Positions 9,721 to 21,781 of a stretch of DNA of 64,000 nucleotides are shown piece after piece. The DNA is from Polyangiales bacterium (GTDB taxonomy: Bacteria > Myxococcota_A > Polyangia > Polyangiales > CBDCBC01), in contig JBGAKI010000002.1 in the NCBI GenBank assembly GCA_044224525.1, positions 20,846 through 84,845 on the forward strand, in the 5' to 3' direction. Under the pieces are notes generated by a model. It was not told the origin of the DNA. It did no database searches and saw only the letters and a program-made list of their open reading frames with translations. Made by a program: the position numbers and the translations under genes. How positions within the stretch are numbered: position 1 is the stretch's first letter; every line of letters begins with the position of its first letter.

Positions 9721-11138
9721 ATCCTAAACATGTTGTGATTATTGGTGGGGGTTTTTCGGGCGCATGCGTGGCTTGGCAGATCTTGGTTCAGTACAAGGGA
9801 TCTGCGCTTCAGATTAGCGTGGTCGAACCCGCCAGCGAACTTGGGCGTGGGGTGGCCTATGCTCGACAACAAGCATCGTTTGAACTTAATGTGCCAGCAA
9901 AAAAAATGTCGCTTGATCCCAGTCAACCTGACGATTTTGTTCATTGGCTTCAAGCGCAGGGGCTGCCATACAATAGTGACGACTACGCAACACGCGACGT
10001 GTTTGGTAGCTACGTGCAGACGCGTCTAAATGAACAGATTGTTGCTCGCAGAGGTGATGTCCGCTTTGCACACGTTCAAAGTAAAGTGATCGACATGACC
10101 TCACGCGCCGACGGATATCACGTTGTGCTTGAAGACGGACGTCAAATCGATGCGGATATTGTGGTGATTGCATCCGGCCTAGGAAAACTTATGATCCCGC
10201 AAGGGCTTAAACCCATTGCGGATCATTCGCGCGTGATCTTGGATCCTTGGAACGAGGCGCAGTTAAAGACCATTGCAGACAACAGCCATGTTGCTGTGAT
10301 TGGAATGGGGCTCACAGGCGCTGATATTGCGGACTGGTTGCTCAAGAACAAAAGCGCCAATGTGACTTTGATATCGCGTCATGGACTCTCGCCTAGAGCT
10401 CATTACAGCGATGACGATCGATCTCGACATACGCCGTTGAACCAAGCAGAGCGACTTGCGATGCAAACAATTGAAAGCCCCGCGGTGCTTGTGCGAATGG
10501 TGCGCAAACTTTGTGTGGCACGTCAAGCCCAAGGATTGTCTTGGCAGGCGGTATTTGACGCACTGCGCGAAGATACTGCCCTTATCTGGTCGCGTTGGAG
10601 CGTGCGAGACAAGCAGCGCTTCGTGCGGCATGTGCGGCCATTTTGGGAGGTGCATCGCCACCGCATCGTGCCACGTTTGGCCCGTACGCTTGCGCGTGCA
10701 CATTCTGAGCGGCGCTTGGTTTATAAGCAAGGGCATATTCGTACGGCGAAATTGATGTCGGCACGTATTGCGTTGAACTTGCGCACCAAAGAGCGCCTTG
10801 AAGCAATCGAAGTGGACCATGTTGTGTTGTGCACGGGCGCGTATGCGCATCCACTACAGGAGGCGGCGGAAACTAGACAGAGTTTTGAGACAACCTTGGT
10901 GCGGCACGGTCTTGCACGCATTGATGCGATCGGCGTTGGGCTGGAGGTTGACGATAAGGCTCAGCTTGCAACCAATCTCTTTGCGTTAGGTGCGCGGTGT
11001 CGCTCCGCACGTTGGGAAACAACCGCGGTGCCAGAACTGGCCGCGCAAGCAAAAATGATTGCTTCAACGATAGTGGGAATGTTGACATGCGTGGTGCCCG
11101 CGCGTGACCGGCTGGCATTGTTGTCGCTCTCACTTTAA
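9717..11138 (+). CDS. FAD/NAD(P)-binding oxidoreductase (NAD_binding_9-like)
   Basis: N-terminal dinucleotide fold VVIIGGGFSGACVA and a second GxGxxG VAVIGMGLTGADIA. 4-nt overlap with the cupin gene. Confidence 0.75.
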   Translation: MNPKHVVIIGGGFSGACVAWQILVQYKGSALQISVVEPASELGRGVAYARQQASFELNVPAKKMSLDPSQPDDFVHWLQAQGLPYNSDDYATRDVFGSYVQTRLNEQIVARRGDVRFAHVQSKVIDMTSRADGYHVVLEDGRQIDADIVVIASGLGKLMIPQGLKPIADHSRVILDPWNEAQLKTIADNSHVAVIGMGLTGADIADWLLKNKSANVTLISRHGLSPRAHYSDDDRSRHTPLNQAERLAMQTIESPAVLVRMVRKLCVARQAQGLSWQAVFDALREDTALIWSRWSVRDKQRFVRHVRPFWEVHRHRIVPRLARTLARAHSERRLVYKQGHIRTAKLMSARIALNLRTKERLEAIEVDHVVLCTGAYAHPLQEAAETRQSFETTLVRHGLARIDAIGVGLEVDDKAQLATNLFALGARCRSARWETTAVPELAAQAKMIASTIVGMLTCVVPARDRLALLSLSL

Positions 11139-12419
11139 GATTGACGCGGGCGCTGGCATCAGGTTCCAAGTGAAGAACGCGCCTGCGTGCTCGCGTTTGG
11201 TGATCACGGCTTTGTTCCACTTCTTTGTGGCGCTGTCGAAAATGTACTGACGTAGTTCACCTTGATCGTCGCTTGCCACGTAAAGCTCATCGCGACCGTC
11301 ACCATCTAAATCGGCAAGCAGTGCGGCGTGTTCAAAACCACTGGAGCTTGGGTCGATAAGTTCTTTTTGCCACGTACCGCTCGCGCTTGGTCTGAGTAGC
11401 CATACGCCACTACGAAACGCGGCTGCTACCATTTCTTTACGACCGTCGCCGTCGATATCACCGGCGGTCAAGAATCGACACAGCCGATCGTCGATGGTGG
11501 CGACCACTTCACCTTGATTGGCCGGCGTGCCCGCAAGAAAGCGTCGAATCTCGACTGGGTGTTTCAGCGTGATCGCTTGGCCGGTACCTTCGGTCTCGGC
11601 TTCAACCGAGACATAAAGCTCGTCTTTGCCGTCATTGTTCATGTCGGTGACAAGGATCTCTTTGGCGTGACGGTTGCCAAGTTTGGCCACCACACTGCGC
11701 GCTTCGTTGGTTTTTGGAATGTAGCGAACCACCTCGCCTTGTTGGATCGATCCGTCTAGCTTGTTGGGTTCGCTTGGTGTTGCGTAAACTTCTTTTACGC
11801 CATCGCCGTTTAAGTCGCCGATTTCGATCTCGTGAACGAAAGTGTTGGCGCGCTGATCGAGCTCTTTGATGTCGACGCTTGGCCCCTTAGGAATGGCGAG
11901 CGCAACCACGCCTTGGTCGTGGGTGGCCACCGCGATGACCGCGCGGCCATCGTTATAAAGATCGGCGACTTCGGCGTCGCGCATGCGGTTGAACTTTCCG
12001 CCAAAATCTTTTTGCCAAAGGGTCTGCGCTTTCCATTGGCCAGCCTCGTGTTTCCATAACTTAAGCATCGCTTGCATACCGCCCAAGGTTAAGATGCCAG
12101 CGGGTTGTTTGGTGTTTGGATAAATGAGCGCTTTATGAAAAACATTGCTTTGCGCGTCTTCGATCGCGGCTTGCGCTTGCCATGTGCCCTTTTGTTTACC
12201 CCAGACTTCAAGCCGCGCCGCCGTGGGTTTGGCGGAAATGCGCCCGTCTGCTTCAACAGCGAACTGCGAGAGCGCGACCAACAACACCTTGTTATAAGAA
12301 GCCGCGGTCGATGGCGCAGTGTTTGCGGGTTTTGTCGCCGAGGGCTTCTTGGTTCCGCATGCCGCCACGCTGTGAAGGCTAATCCATAGGGTTAAAAGGG
12401 TTGGCAGTGTTTTACGCAT
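11130..12419 (-). CDS. FG-GAP/VCBS repeat lipoprotein
   Basis: Repeated Ca-binding-type motifs DLNGDGVKEVY, DMNNDGKDELYV, GDIDGDGRKEMV, ADLDGDGRDELYV. Lipobox LHSVAAC after MRKTLPTLL, which is the start chosen (the ORF track extends to 12455). Confidence 0.8.
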   Translation of the reverse strand: MRKTLPTLLTLWISLHSVAACGTKKPSATKPANTAPSTAASYNKVLLVALSQFAVEADGRISAKPTAARLEVWGKQKGTWQAQAAIEDAQSNVFHKALIYPNTKQPAGILTLGGMQAMLKLWKHEAGQWKAQTLWQKDFGGKFNRMRDAEVADLYNDGRAVIAVATHDQGVVALAIPKGPSVDIKELDQRANTFVHEIEIGDLNGDGVKEVYATPSEPNKLDGSIQQGEVVRYIPKTNEARSVVAKLGNRHAKEILVTDMNNDGKDELYVSVEAETEGTGQAITLKHPVEIRRFLAGTPANQGEVVATIDDRLCRFLTAGDIDGDGRKEMVAAAFRSGVWLLRPSASGTWQKELIDPSSSGFEHAALLADLDGDGRDELYVASDDQGELRQYIFDSATKKWNKAVITKREHAGAFFTWNLMPAPASILK

Positions 12420-12540
12420 AAAAGAGCCTTGTTTGTTGGCGGACACCATAGCCATTAAGCGCAGCTGCGTCTAGAAAACAAGGCAGTTGGTAAAACCTGC
12501 GAGGTTGACAATTGGGGTCCACGGGTTAGACTTGCCCGTT

Positions 12541-12720
12541 ATGACCGATACGAAACTTTACGACAAGCGCACAGCTGCGCGTCATATTTTGCGCGGCGCG
12601 ATTTCAAAGGCCGATTACGAGCGTTTTAATGCTGACTTGAAAGATGTTAGCGACAACATGGACGTCGTCACGATCAAAATCGAAGACGAAGACGACACCA
12701 GCGAAGAAACCACGGAATAG
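12541..12720 (+). CDS. Small acidic hypothetical protein
   Basis: 59 codons from the ATG at 12541, with an acidic tail EDEDDTSEETTE. Directly upstream of the DUF1844-like gene. Confidence 0.4.
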   Translation: MTDTKLYDKRTAARHILRGAISKADYERFNADLKDVSDNMDVVTIKIEDEDDTSEETTE

Positions 12721-12745
12721 GCCTTCGTAAACAGCCGAGACGCCC

Positions 12746-13090
12746 ATGGCCCAACCGAGCGAAGCACCCAGATCAGAGCACGAAGCGGACGCGGATCGCG
12801 AGATCAACGAGCGTTACGAACAAATCGTCGGCGGCAAGGCATTTGGGGCTTATCCGCCGGTCGATTTTACCACCTTTGTTTTGTCGCTTAAAACCTCATG
12901 TTTGATCAGTTTGGGTCAGGCTGACTCGGCATCAGAGATTGATTTGCCGATGGCTCACCATGAAATTGAGCTGCTATCGATGCTCGAAGAAAAAACGCGT
13001 GGGCTGCTCGATGGTGATGAGGAGCGCCTGCTTTTGCAGGTGCTGCGCGATTTAAAAGTGCGATTTGTGAAAATCGCATCTAAAAACTAA
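12746..13090 (+). CDS. DUF1844-like protein
   Basis: FTTFVLSLKTSCLISLGQ...MAHHEIELLSMLEEKTRGLLDGDEERLL matches the DUF1844 pattern as I recall it. Confidence 0.6.
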   Translation: MAQPSEAPRSEHEADADREINERYEQIVGGKAFGAYPPVDFTTFVLSLKTSCLISLGQADSASEIDLPMAHHEIELLSMLEEKTRGLLDGDEERLLLQVLRDLKVRFVKIASKN

Positions 13091-13371
13091 CGTTTGCGCG
13101 GCAAACGCGTGGGGCGCTTGGGGATCGGCGCGTAAGCAGGCTTGCGCACGGGCACTATTACTGGCACCAATGCTTCGAGCTGCTTGGCGAGCCTATCAAC
13201 TATGTCCTTAATATGTGGGATAATTTTCATCATAAATGGAATATTGCAGCTCTTATTAAATAGTATAAGGTTTGCATACATCTCGTCAACCTAAGAACCT
13301 AATTTATTTTGGCAAGGGCGGGCTTATTCTGGCACTTTTCGCTAACTCCACTAAATTGCTAGCTTAATTCA

Positions 13372-14784
13372 GTGCGTATCCATCTAATAGGCGTCGCAGG
13401 AACCGGCATGGCTTCGCTTGCGGGGCTCTTAATTAAGCTTGGTCATCAGGTCACCGGCAGCGATCAGCGTTTCTATCCACCCATGAGCGACGTCATCGCA
13501 AAATTGGGCATTCAAACTTTTGAGGGTTATCGCGCCCAGAACATCGACGCGGCCAAACCCGAACGCGTGATCATTGGCAATGTGGTACGCGCCGATAATC
13601 CCGAGGCGCTTCGGGCGCGCGCGCAAAAGCTTGAGTGTTGGTCGATGGCACACACCTTGCGTGAGGTATTGCTGAACGATCGCAGGTCGCTTGTGATCGC
13701 AGGTACCCACGGCAAAACAACAAGCACGGCGCTTGCGGCATATTTGCTTGAGGGCGTGGGCGCTGATCCTGGCTATTTGATTGGCGGTATGCCGATCGGA
13801 GCGGCGACGAATGTTGCGACCGGACACAGCGATGGCTTCTTTGTGATTGAGGGCGATGAATACGACAGTGCGTATTTTGAAAAGCAACCGAAGTTTTGGT
13901 CGTACAACCCTTATGCCGCGTTGATTACGTCGATCGAGCACGATCATCTGGACATTTATCCCGATGAGGAAAGTTATCTTGTCGCTTTTCGTGGTTTGGT
14001 TGAACGCGTTACGGCAGAGGGCCGCGTGGTTGCGTTTGCAGGTGATGCGCGTGTGCGTGAAATCGTGAAGAAAAGCGCTGCACCTGTTGAGTATTATGCG
14101 CTTAATACCGACCACTGTGGTGATGTGACGCCTGTTTGGAGCGCTGCGTTGGCAGATACAACACCGGACTATCAAGCGTTTGATTTTTATGTGGGGGGTT
14201 CATACGCGGGCCGTGCGATGACACGCCTTTATGGCGAGCATAATGTGCGTAACGCTTTGGGTGTGATCGCGCTCCTTGCAAGTGCAGGTGATTTTAAGCT
14301 ACGCGATTTGATCAAATACCTGGGAAACTTTCGCGGCATCAAACGACGGCAAGAGTTGCTCGGTCATCACAAAGGCATTTATGTTTATGATGATTTTGCA
14401 CATCATCCGACTGCGGTGGGTGAAACCATTGCCGCGCTTAAGCGCCGTCATCCGGGTGAAAAGTTGATTGCCGTGTTTGAACCGCGCAGCGCAACGGCGT
14501 GTCGTAATATTCATCAAGAGGTTTATCCGCGGGCATTGGCCAGTGCGGATGTGGTGTATGTGGCGCCGCTCGGTCGCGCGAACTTACATGAAAGTGAACG
14601 GCTTGATATCGAGCGCGTGGTTAGCGACGTGCGCAGACTTGGCCCAGAAGCCCATGGCGCAAGTTCACTTGACGCGCTTTACGAGCGCCTCAAGGACCAG
14701 GTGCGCGGCCCCGCCGTTGTGCTTTTCATGTCAAACGGCGACTTTGGTGGGTTGCCCAAACGCTTTTGCGAGACGTTGGTTTAG
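13372..14784 (+). CDS. mpl: UDP-N-acetylmuramate:L-alanyl-gamma-D-glutamyl-meso-diaminopimelate ligase
   Basis: (M)RIHLIGVAGTGMASLAGLL..GHQVTGSD..YPPMS is collinear with the E. coli Mpl N-terminus. Mur ligase P-loop GTHGKTTST. Confidence 0.9.
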   Translation: MRIHLIGVAGTGMASLAGLLIKLGHQVTGSDQRFYPPMSDVIAKLGIQTFEGYRAQNIDAAKPERVIIGNVVRADNPEALRARAQKLECWSMAHTLREVLLNDRRSLVIAGTHGKTTSTALAAYLLEGVGADPGYLIGGMPIGAATNVATGHSDGFFVIEGDEYDSAYFEKQPKFWSYNPYAALITSIEHDHLDIYPDEESYLVAFRGLVERVTAEGRVVAFAGDARVREIVKKSAAPVEYYALNTDHCGDVTPVWSAALADTTPDYQAFDFYVGGSYAGRAMTRLYGEHNVRNALGVIALLASAGDFKLRDLIKYLGNFRGIKRRQELLGHHKGIYVYDDFAHHPTAVGETIAALKRRHPGEKLIAVFEPRSATACRNIHQEVYPRALASADVVYVAPLGRANLHESERLDIERVVSDVRRLGPEAHGASSLDALYERLKDQVRGPAVVLFMSNGDFGGLPKRFCETLV

Positions 14785-15464
14785 TAGTGGGCGGTAAAAC
14801 GCGCGACGGCTTCTTCGAGGGCGGGTTTAGCGCCGGGGCCAACGATGTCGCCGTGGGTCATTAGAACGCGATCAATGTCCCACTTGAGGATTTCGCGTAC
14901 GCTGTTTGCAACAGCTTTTTTATCGTCGGCCTTCCAGACCCATAAACGACTCATGGCGAAATGTTTGTATGTACCGAAGATTGTCAAGAACAAGCGACTC
15001 ATGAATCCCGAAGGAGGCGATTGCAGGTTGAAGACCATGTCGGTGGTGATCAACGTGCGTGATGCTTTGTGAAAAAAGACCACTTCGTTTATGCTGCTTG
15101 CGCCCTCGATCAGATGCTGCTCGAAGTCGTTGGACCACGCGGGGGGCGCGGTGCGCGTAAGATGTTGGTCCCAAAAAATGTCTCGGCGCCGATCTTCAAG
15201 CCCTGGTGCTGCGTAAAGTTGCGCGCCGGGGAAGTGTTTTTTGGCTTCTTCGACAAAGAGATTGTGGAACAGATTGGGAGCGATGATGTGTTTCACCTCG
15301 CCCAATGCTTTAATTTCGGTTACCAGCGTTTGGTCCATTTTGACGGGCGAATGGATCCATAGGTCACCGTTTACAAGCCTAACGACGGTCATGCGCAAAG
15401 GTAGCCGCGGAAAATCGAGTGAGCTTTCAGCACACCAAACGTTGTCGACGATGGGTTTGAGCAT
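14781..15464 (-). CDS. DUF4336-like (metallo-beta-lactamase-fold-related) protein
   Basis: RMTVVRLVNGDLWIHSPV...VKHIIAPNLFHNLF...AAPGL matches the recalled DUF4336 pattern. Confidence 0.55.
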   Translation of the reverse strand: MLKPIVDNVWCAESSLDFPRLPLRMTVVRLVNGDLWIHSPVKMDQTLVTEIKALGEVKHIIAPNLFHNLFVEEAKKHFPGAQLYAAPGLEDRRRDIFWDQHLTRTAPPAWSNDFEQHLIEGASSINEVVFFHKASRTLITTDMVFNLQSPPSGFMSRLFLTIFGTYKHFAMSRLWVWKADDKKAVANSVREILKWDIDRVLMTHGDIVGPGAKPALEEAVARFTAHY

Positions 15465-15469
15465 GTAAT

Positions 15470-17998
<2,529 letters not shown>

Positions 17999-18286
17999 TC
18001 AAGGTGAGTGCTAAGATCTTGAAAAAAATGGTGTTTCTTTTAGTTGTCGGGCTTCGCATCATCGGCTCTTCGCGGAGCGCTAACCGTATGCTAAATTATG
18101 CTGCTGTCGCTATTTTCTAGTTTGTTGGTAGCTTATGAAGAGTCGATTTCTTAGTGTTTGTTTTTATTTGATACCCTTCGTTTTGTTTAGCGTAGCGTTT
18201 GCTCTTAAAATGGGCGCTGCACGCTAAAATTTGCTGGATTTGCCGTGCATTGGGTGCTTTGGGTCGTTGCGGACTATGATGCTCCT

Positions 18287-20032
18287 ATGCGACATGCGAT
18301 CGACGGTTGGGTCTACACGTATACCTTGATTGGCGCGATGTGTTCCGTGGCGAGCGGGTGTGGAAAAAGTGATAACGAGCTTGCACCAGCCTGCGTGCCC
18401 AGCGCCGAGCAATGCAACAACAGAGACGATGATTGTGATGGGCAGGTCGACGAAGACTTTTCGGGCGCCCCATTACAGATCGTGTCGGTGAGCCCCGATA
18501 ACAACGCGACGGGTGTTGGGACCCTGTCCACAGTCAGCATCGAGTTCTCGCGGCCTGTGGCGCCCGCGACCATTTCGAATGCGAGCGTTGTGGTAACAGG
18601 CCCGGTTGGCGCATTCGTGGGCGATTTTAGTTTTGATGCGGCCAAAGTCGTGTTCACGCCGCGCAATGGTTTTGGGGTGCTTACGAGCCATCACGTTAAG
18701 GTGAGTAGTGTGAAGGCCGGCGACGATTGCGGCGCGCTCGATATGACACGGGAGTGGGACTTCACAACCGCGGACGGCGCATGGAATGATGCAGTGACTG
18801 TTTATAGCGATACCCAGGACAAGGCGGAAGTGCTTGAGCTGGCGGGGGTGCTCGATGATCAAGATCTTGGCACAGCACTCATGATTCGAAAGTTTGGCGA
18901 TGGACAAAAGGAAGTGGACGTTTTTCACACCAACAAGGTTAATCAGTGGGCGGGGCGCGACACGTTGCAAGATAAAGGCAGCGACGAACCTCGTCATTTG
19001 CAGCTTGCACAAAATGTGGATGCGACGGTGCTGGCGTTGTGGCAAATGGGAGCGGACAATTTTGCCCAGCTAATTTGGCGTGAACTTACACCAACGGGAT
19101 GGACTGCAGCGGGGGTTGTCGCGCCGGGTCAGCCGCGCGCGCGTCCTTCGCTTGTGGTTGATGCGAATAGGCAAGCGCACCTTGGTTTTTTTACTCAGGT
19201 CGATATCGCTGGGTCGGACACAACCTATGCAGTTGATTTTTCTGGCGGACAGTGGGGAGCACCTGCGCTGCTTGCACCGCTTTCTTCACTTGCGAGCTCA
19301 AGCCAAATGGCCACGGCGCCCGACGGTCACGCGATGTTTGTATGGGGCGATCTAACGAAGAAGCGCATCCTCTTTAGTCGCTTTACGCCAGGTAGTGGTT
19401 GGGACGCGAGTGCCGGGAATGTTAGCGAAATGGTGATCGACGCTGCAGCGAGTATTGGCGTGGGTATGGATGCCGAGCACAATGCAATAGCGGTTTGGAT
19501 CAGCAAAAATGGTGCACGTAAAACGGTATGGGTTGCGCGCTATCACGCGAGCGAACAAGCCTGGGATTCGCCCGTGGCGCTCAAAGACAACAACAGTGAC
19601 GACGCGAAGGAAGCGCAGTTGGTGGTTTCGGCGTCAGGTCATGCCATAGCGGCGTGGACGTACCAAACACAGAATCAAGCGGTGTGGGCGGCAACCTATG
19701 ATGGGAGTGGTTGGCAGCCGGCAAGCGCGATCAGCCAGAACAGCAATGCGGCTCAGCTACTTTGTCGCCATGCGCTTTTTATTGACCCGCGTGGGCACGC
19801 CGTAGCGTTGTGGCAAAACGGCAACGCAGGTGGGCTGGTTTATAATCGTCATCGCGCGAGCGAAAACACTTGGGTGGGCGCGAACGATTTAGCTACTTTG
19901 AATGCCGATGCGATCGGCCTTTGTGATTTGAATGGAAATCGCAACGGGCATGGTGCCGCGCTTTGGACGCGCGTGCTTAGCAGTGGTAATGCGGTCAGTG
20001 AAGGTCGGGTTGAAGCCAGGCTTTTTCGTTAG
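18287..20032 (+). CDS. Secreted lipoprotein with a cysteine-rich DDDCDG motif, an Ig-like domain and a repeat-rich C-part
   Basis: Lipobox VASGC after MRHAIDG... (the ORF track starts at 18245). CNNRDDDCDGQVDEDF motif. SbsA-Ig/Big_5-like LQIVSVSPDNNATGV...IEFSRPV. Recurrent A-x-A-x-W ... W-V/A-A-x-Y units. Confidence 0.7.
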   Translation: MRHAIDGWVYTYTLIGAMCSVASGCGKSDNELAPACVPSAEQCNNRDDDCDGQVDEDFSGAPLQIVSVSPDNNATGVGTLSTVSIEFSRPVAPATISNASVVVTGPVGAFVGDFSFDAAKVVFTPRNGFGVLTSHHVKVSSVKAGDDCGALDMTREWDFTTADGAWNDAVTVYSDTQDKAEVLELAGVLDDQDLGTALMIRKFGDGQKEVDVFHTNKVNQWAGRDTLQDKGSDEPRHLQLAQNVDATVLALWQMGADNFAQLIWRELTPTGWTAAGVVAPGQPRARPSLVVDANRQAHLGFFTQVDIAGSDTTYAVDFSGGQWGAPALLAPLSSLASSSQMATAPDGHAMFVWGDLTKKRILFSRFTPGSGWDASAGNVSEMVIDAAASIGVGMDAEHNAIAVWISKNGARKTVWVARYHASEQAWDSPVALKDNNSDDAKEAQLVVSASGHAIAAWTYQTQNQAVWAATYDGSGWQPASAISQNSNAAQLLCRHALFIDPRGHAVALWQNGNAGGLVYNRHRASENTWVGANDLATLNADAIGLCDLNGNRNGHGAALWTRVLSSGNAVSEGRVEARLFR

Positions 20033-20035
20033 TCG

Positions 20036-20068
20036 CCAGTTGACTACCAGTTGACTACCAGTTGACTA
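20036..20068. repeat. Tandem repeat, 3 x 11 bp (ccagttgacta)
   Basis: Read directly. It begins 4 nt after the stop of the upstream gene, and each unit carries a TTGACT hexamer. Confidence 0.9.
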
Positions 20069-20098
20069 AGGGCTGGGTTGGTCATAGCTTGCTTAGCG

Positions 20099-20569
20099 AT
20101 GAGTGCGCTGCTTGCCTATTTTCACTATTTCGGTTTTGCACTGTGTGTCGCTGGTGTGCTTTTGCGTGGAAGAGGTTTTAAGCAAAGCAAAACGACGCCC
20201 AGTGTCGAGGCCACCAGCTTGACCCTGCTCGGTGATAACTTATGGGGGGTGGGCGCGCTGTTGATGCCAATTACAGGGTTCATTCGCGCATCGGGCTTAT
20301 ATGAAAAGCCTTGGGAATTTTATCTACACAACCATTTGTTTTGGACGAAAGTTGGGCTCTTTGCGGTGATTGGCGTTATCGAAACGCCGATTATGATTCA
20401 GCTGATTCGTTTTCGGCGCGCTCGAAAAGCTGATCAGCCGCTAGCGCTTGGCGCGCTGACTTTTGCGAAATACTATCGCATCAACCATATTGAACTTGGT
20501 TTGCTTTTTTTGATTCCGATTTTGGCGGTGATGTTGCATCGGGGCGTCGGATACGTTGCACCGCATTAG
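20099..20569 (+). CDS. Hypothetical integral membrane protein (about 4 TM segments)
   Basis: Hydrophobic segments throughout. ATG at 20099; the ORF track uses an upstream TTG at 20078. Confidence 0.6.
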   Translation: MSALLAYFHYFGFALCVAGVLLRGRGFKQSKTTPSVEATSLTLLGDNLWGVGALLMPITGFIRASGLYEKPWEFYLHNHLFWTKVGLFAVIGVIETPIMIQLIRFRRARKADQPLALGALTFAKYYRINHIELGLLFLIPILAVMLHRGVGYVAPH

Positions 20570-21777
20570 CTTGCGGCTGTAACACGTGCGACGAGGAATT
20601 TGAGATAGCGGCCTTCGGGGTGCGAGACCAATACCGGATGATCGGGCGCGTGGCCCACGTCGTGAATGATTTGAAGGTTAACTTTGGCGTGGTACGCCGC
20701 TTTGGCGAGCACTTCGTGAAAAGCGTCGGGCGACACTTGCGCGGTGCAGCTCGCGGTTGCGATCAAGCCGCCGCGATCGACCACGCGCAGGGCTTTTTCA
20801 TTGAGATGAAAATAGGCCTTAAGCGCCGCGTCACGTTGGTCTTTGCTTCTGGCCATGCTCGGCGGGTCGCAGATCACAACGTCGTAGCGCTTGGCTTGCG
20901 AATGGGCGCGCGTTAAAAACTCGCTGACATCTTCGGCGACGAAAAGATCTGACGCGGGGTTGAAACCATTGAGCGTGTGATTGTGTTTTGCGTTTTCGAT
21001 GGCTCCCGGGGAAATGTCGACTTGTGTCACCTGGGTTGCCCCGCCGCGACGCGCATAGAGCCCAAAAGCACCTGTGTAGGCGAAAAGATTGAGCACGCTT
21101 TTGTTGTGTGTGATGGTTTCTATCCACGCGCGATTGTCGCGGTGATCTAAAAATAGCCCTGACTTTTGGCCGCGTTCAAAGTTGACGTTGAACTTGAGGC
21201 CGTTTTCGAGCACCTCAAGCGTGGCTGGTGCGCCCTGCCCCTTGAGGATGTTGAGCCTTGAGCCCTTGGAGTCGTCGTCGTGTTTGTGTACGATGCCTTG
21301 GATGTTTGAATCAAGCTCGCTCAGCGTTTGGACAACTGTTGGAAGCAAGGTCTTGATGCTTTCGGCGTAAGTCAGCGCAACCAAATGATCGGCATAGCGA
21401 TCGATGACAAGCCCGGGCAATAGATCGCCCTCACCAAAAATGACGCGATACGCATTGGTGTGCGGCGCCTCATGAAGCGTGGCGCGCGCATGCCATGCAG
21501 CACGCACACGCTCTTTGACGAGCGCGGCGGGATCTTGAAGCTTGCGCGAAAAGATGCGCAGTGCGATCGGCGATGTGGCGTCCCAAAGACCCAAACACTG
21601 TGCGTCTTTGGCCTTAACATTCACCCAAGTGCCCGAGGTGAAGCGCGCGCTCTTGGGCACGTGGTCGCGATAAATCCAGGGGTGCCCGCTTGTGATCACC
21701 TTGTGCATGGAGGCAGGTAGCTCGACCACGGGCAGCTTGGGCACTACCGGACGAATATTGACCGTGTCTCGTCGCAT
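20566..21777 (-). CDS. Class I SAM-dependent rRNA methyltransferase, RlmI-like
   Basis: LNLFAYTGAFGLYA (SAM motif I) and VICDPPS (motif IV). The internal start MRRDTVNI... gives about 403 aa and removes the overlap with rimO. Confidence 0.8.
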   Translation of the reverse strand: MRRDTVNIRPVVPKLPVVELPASMHKVITSGHPWIYRDHVPKSARFTSGTWVNVKAKDAQCLGLWDATSPIALRIFSRKLQDPAALVKERVRAAWHARATLHEAPHTNAYRVIFGEGDLLPGLVIDRYADHLVALTYAESIKTLLPTVVQTLSELDSNIQGIVHKHDDDSKGSRLNILKGQGAPATLEVLENGLKFNVNFERGQKSGLFLDHRDNRAWIETITHNKSVLNLFAYTGAFGLYARRGGATQVTQVDISPGAIENAKHNHTLNGFNPASDLFVAEDVSEFLTRAHSQAKRYDVVICDPPSMARSKDQRDAALKAYFHLNEKALRVVDRGGLIATASCTAQVSPDAFHEVLAKAAYHAKVNLQIIHDVGHAPDHPVLVSHPEGRYLKFLVARVTAAS

Positions 21778-21781
21778 GGGC

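Noticed and set aside
13087-13281. 64-aa minus-strand ORF between the DUF1844-like gene and mpl
   Set aside because: It has no motif, an AT-rich atypical 5' half and a basic low-complexity tail, and it overlaps the DUF1844-like stop. The evidence is insufficient to call a gene.
13325-13345. TGGCAC hexamer upstream of mpl as a sigma-54 promoter
   Set aside because: The spacing to the nearest GC is 8 nt instead of 10, and there is no TTGC -12 element.
13429-14175. 248-aa minus-strand ORF (similar cases: 36299..36994, 48186..48920, 49440..50018, 39133..39741)
   Set aside because: All are antisense or alternative-frame shadows of confidently assigned genes (mpl, aguB, cbpA-like, bioF, DUF2079-like) and lack any recognisable motif.
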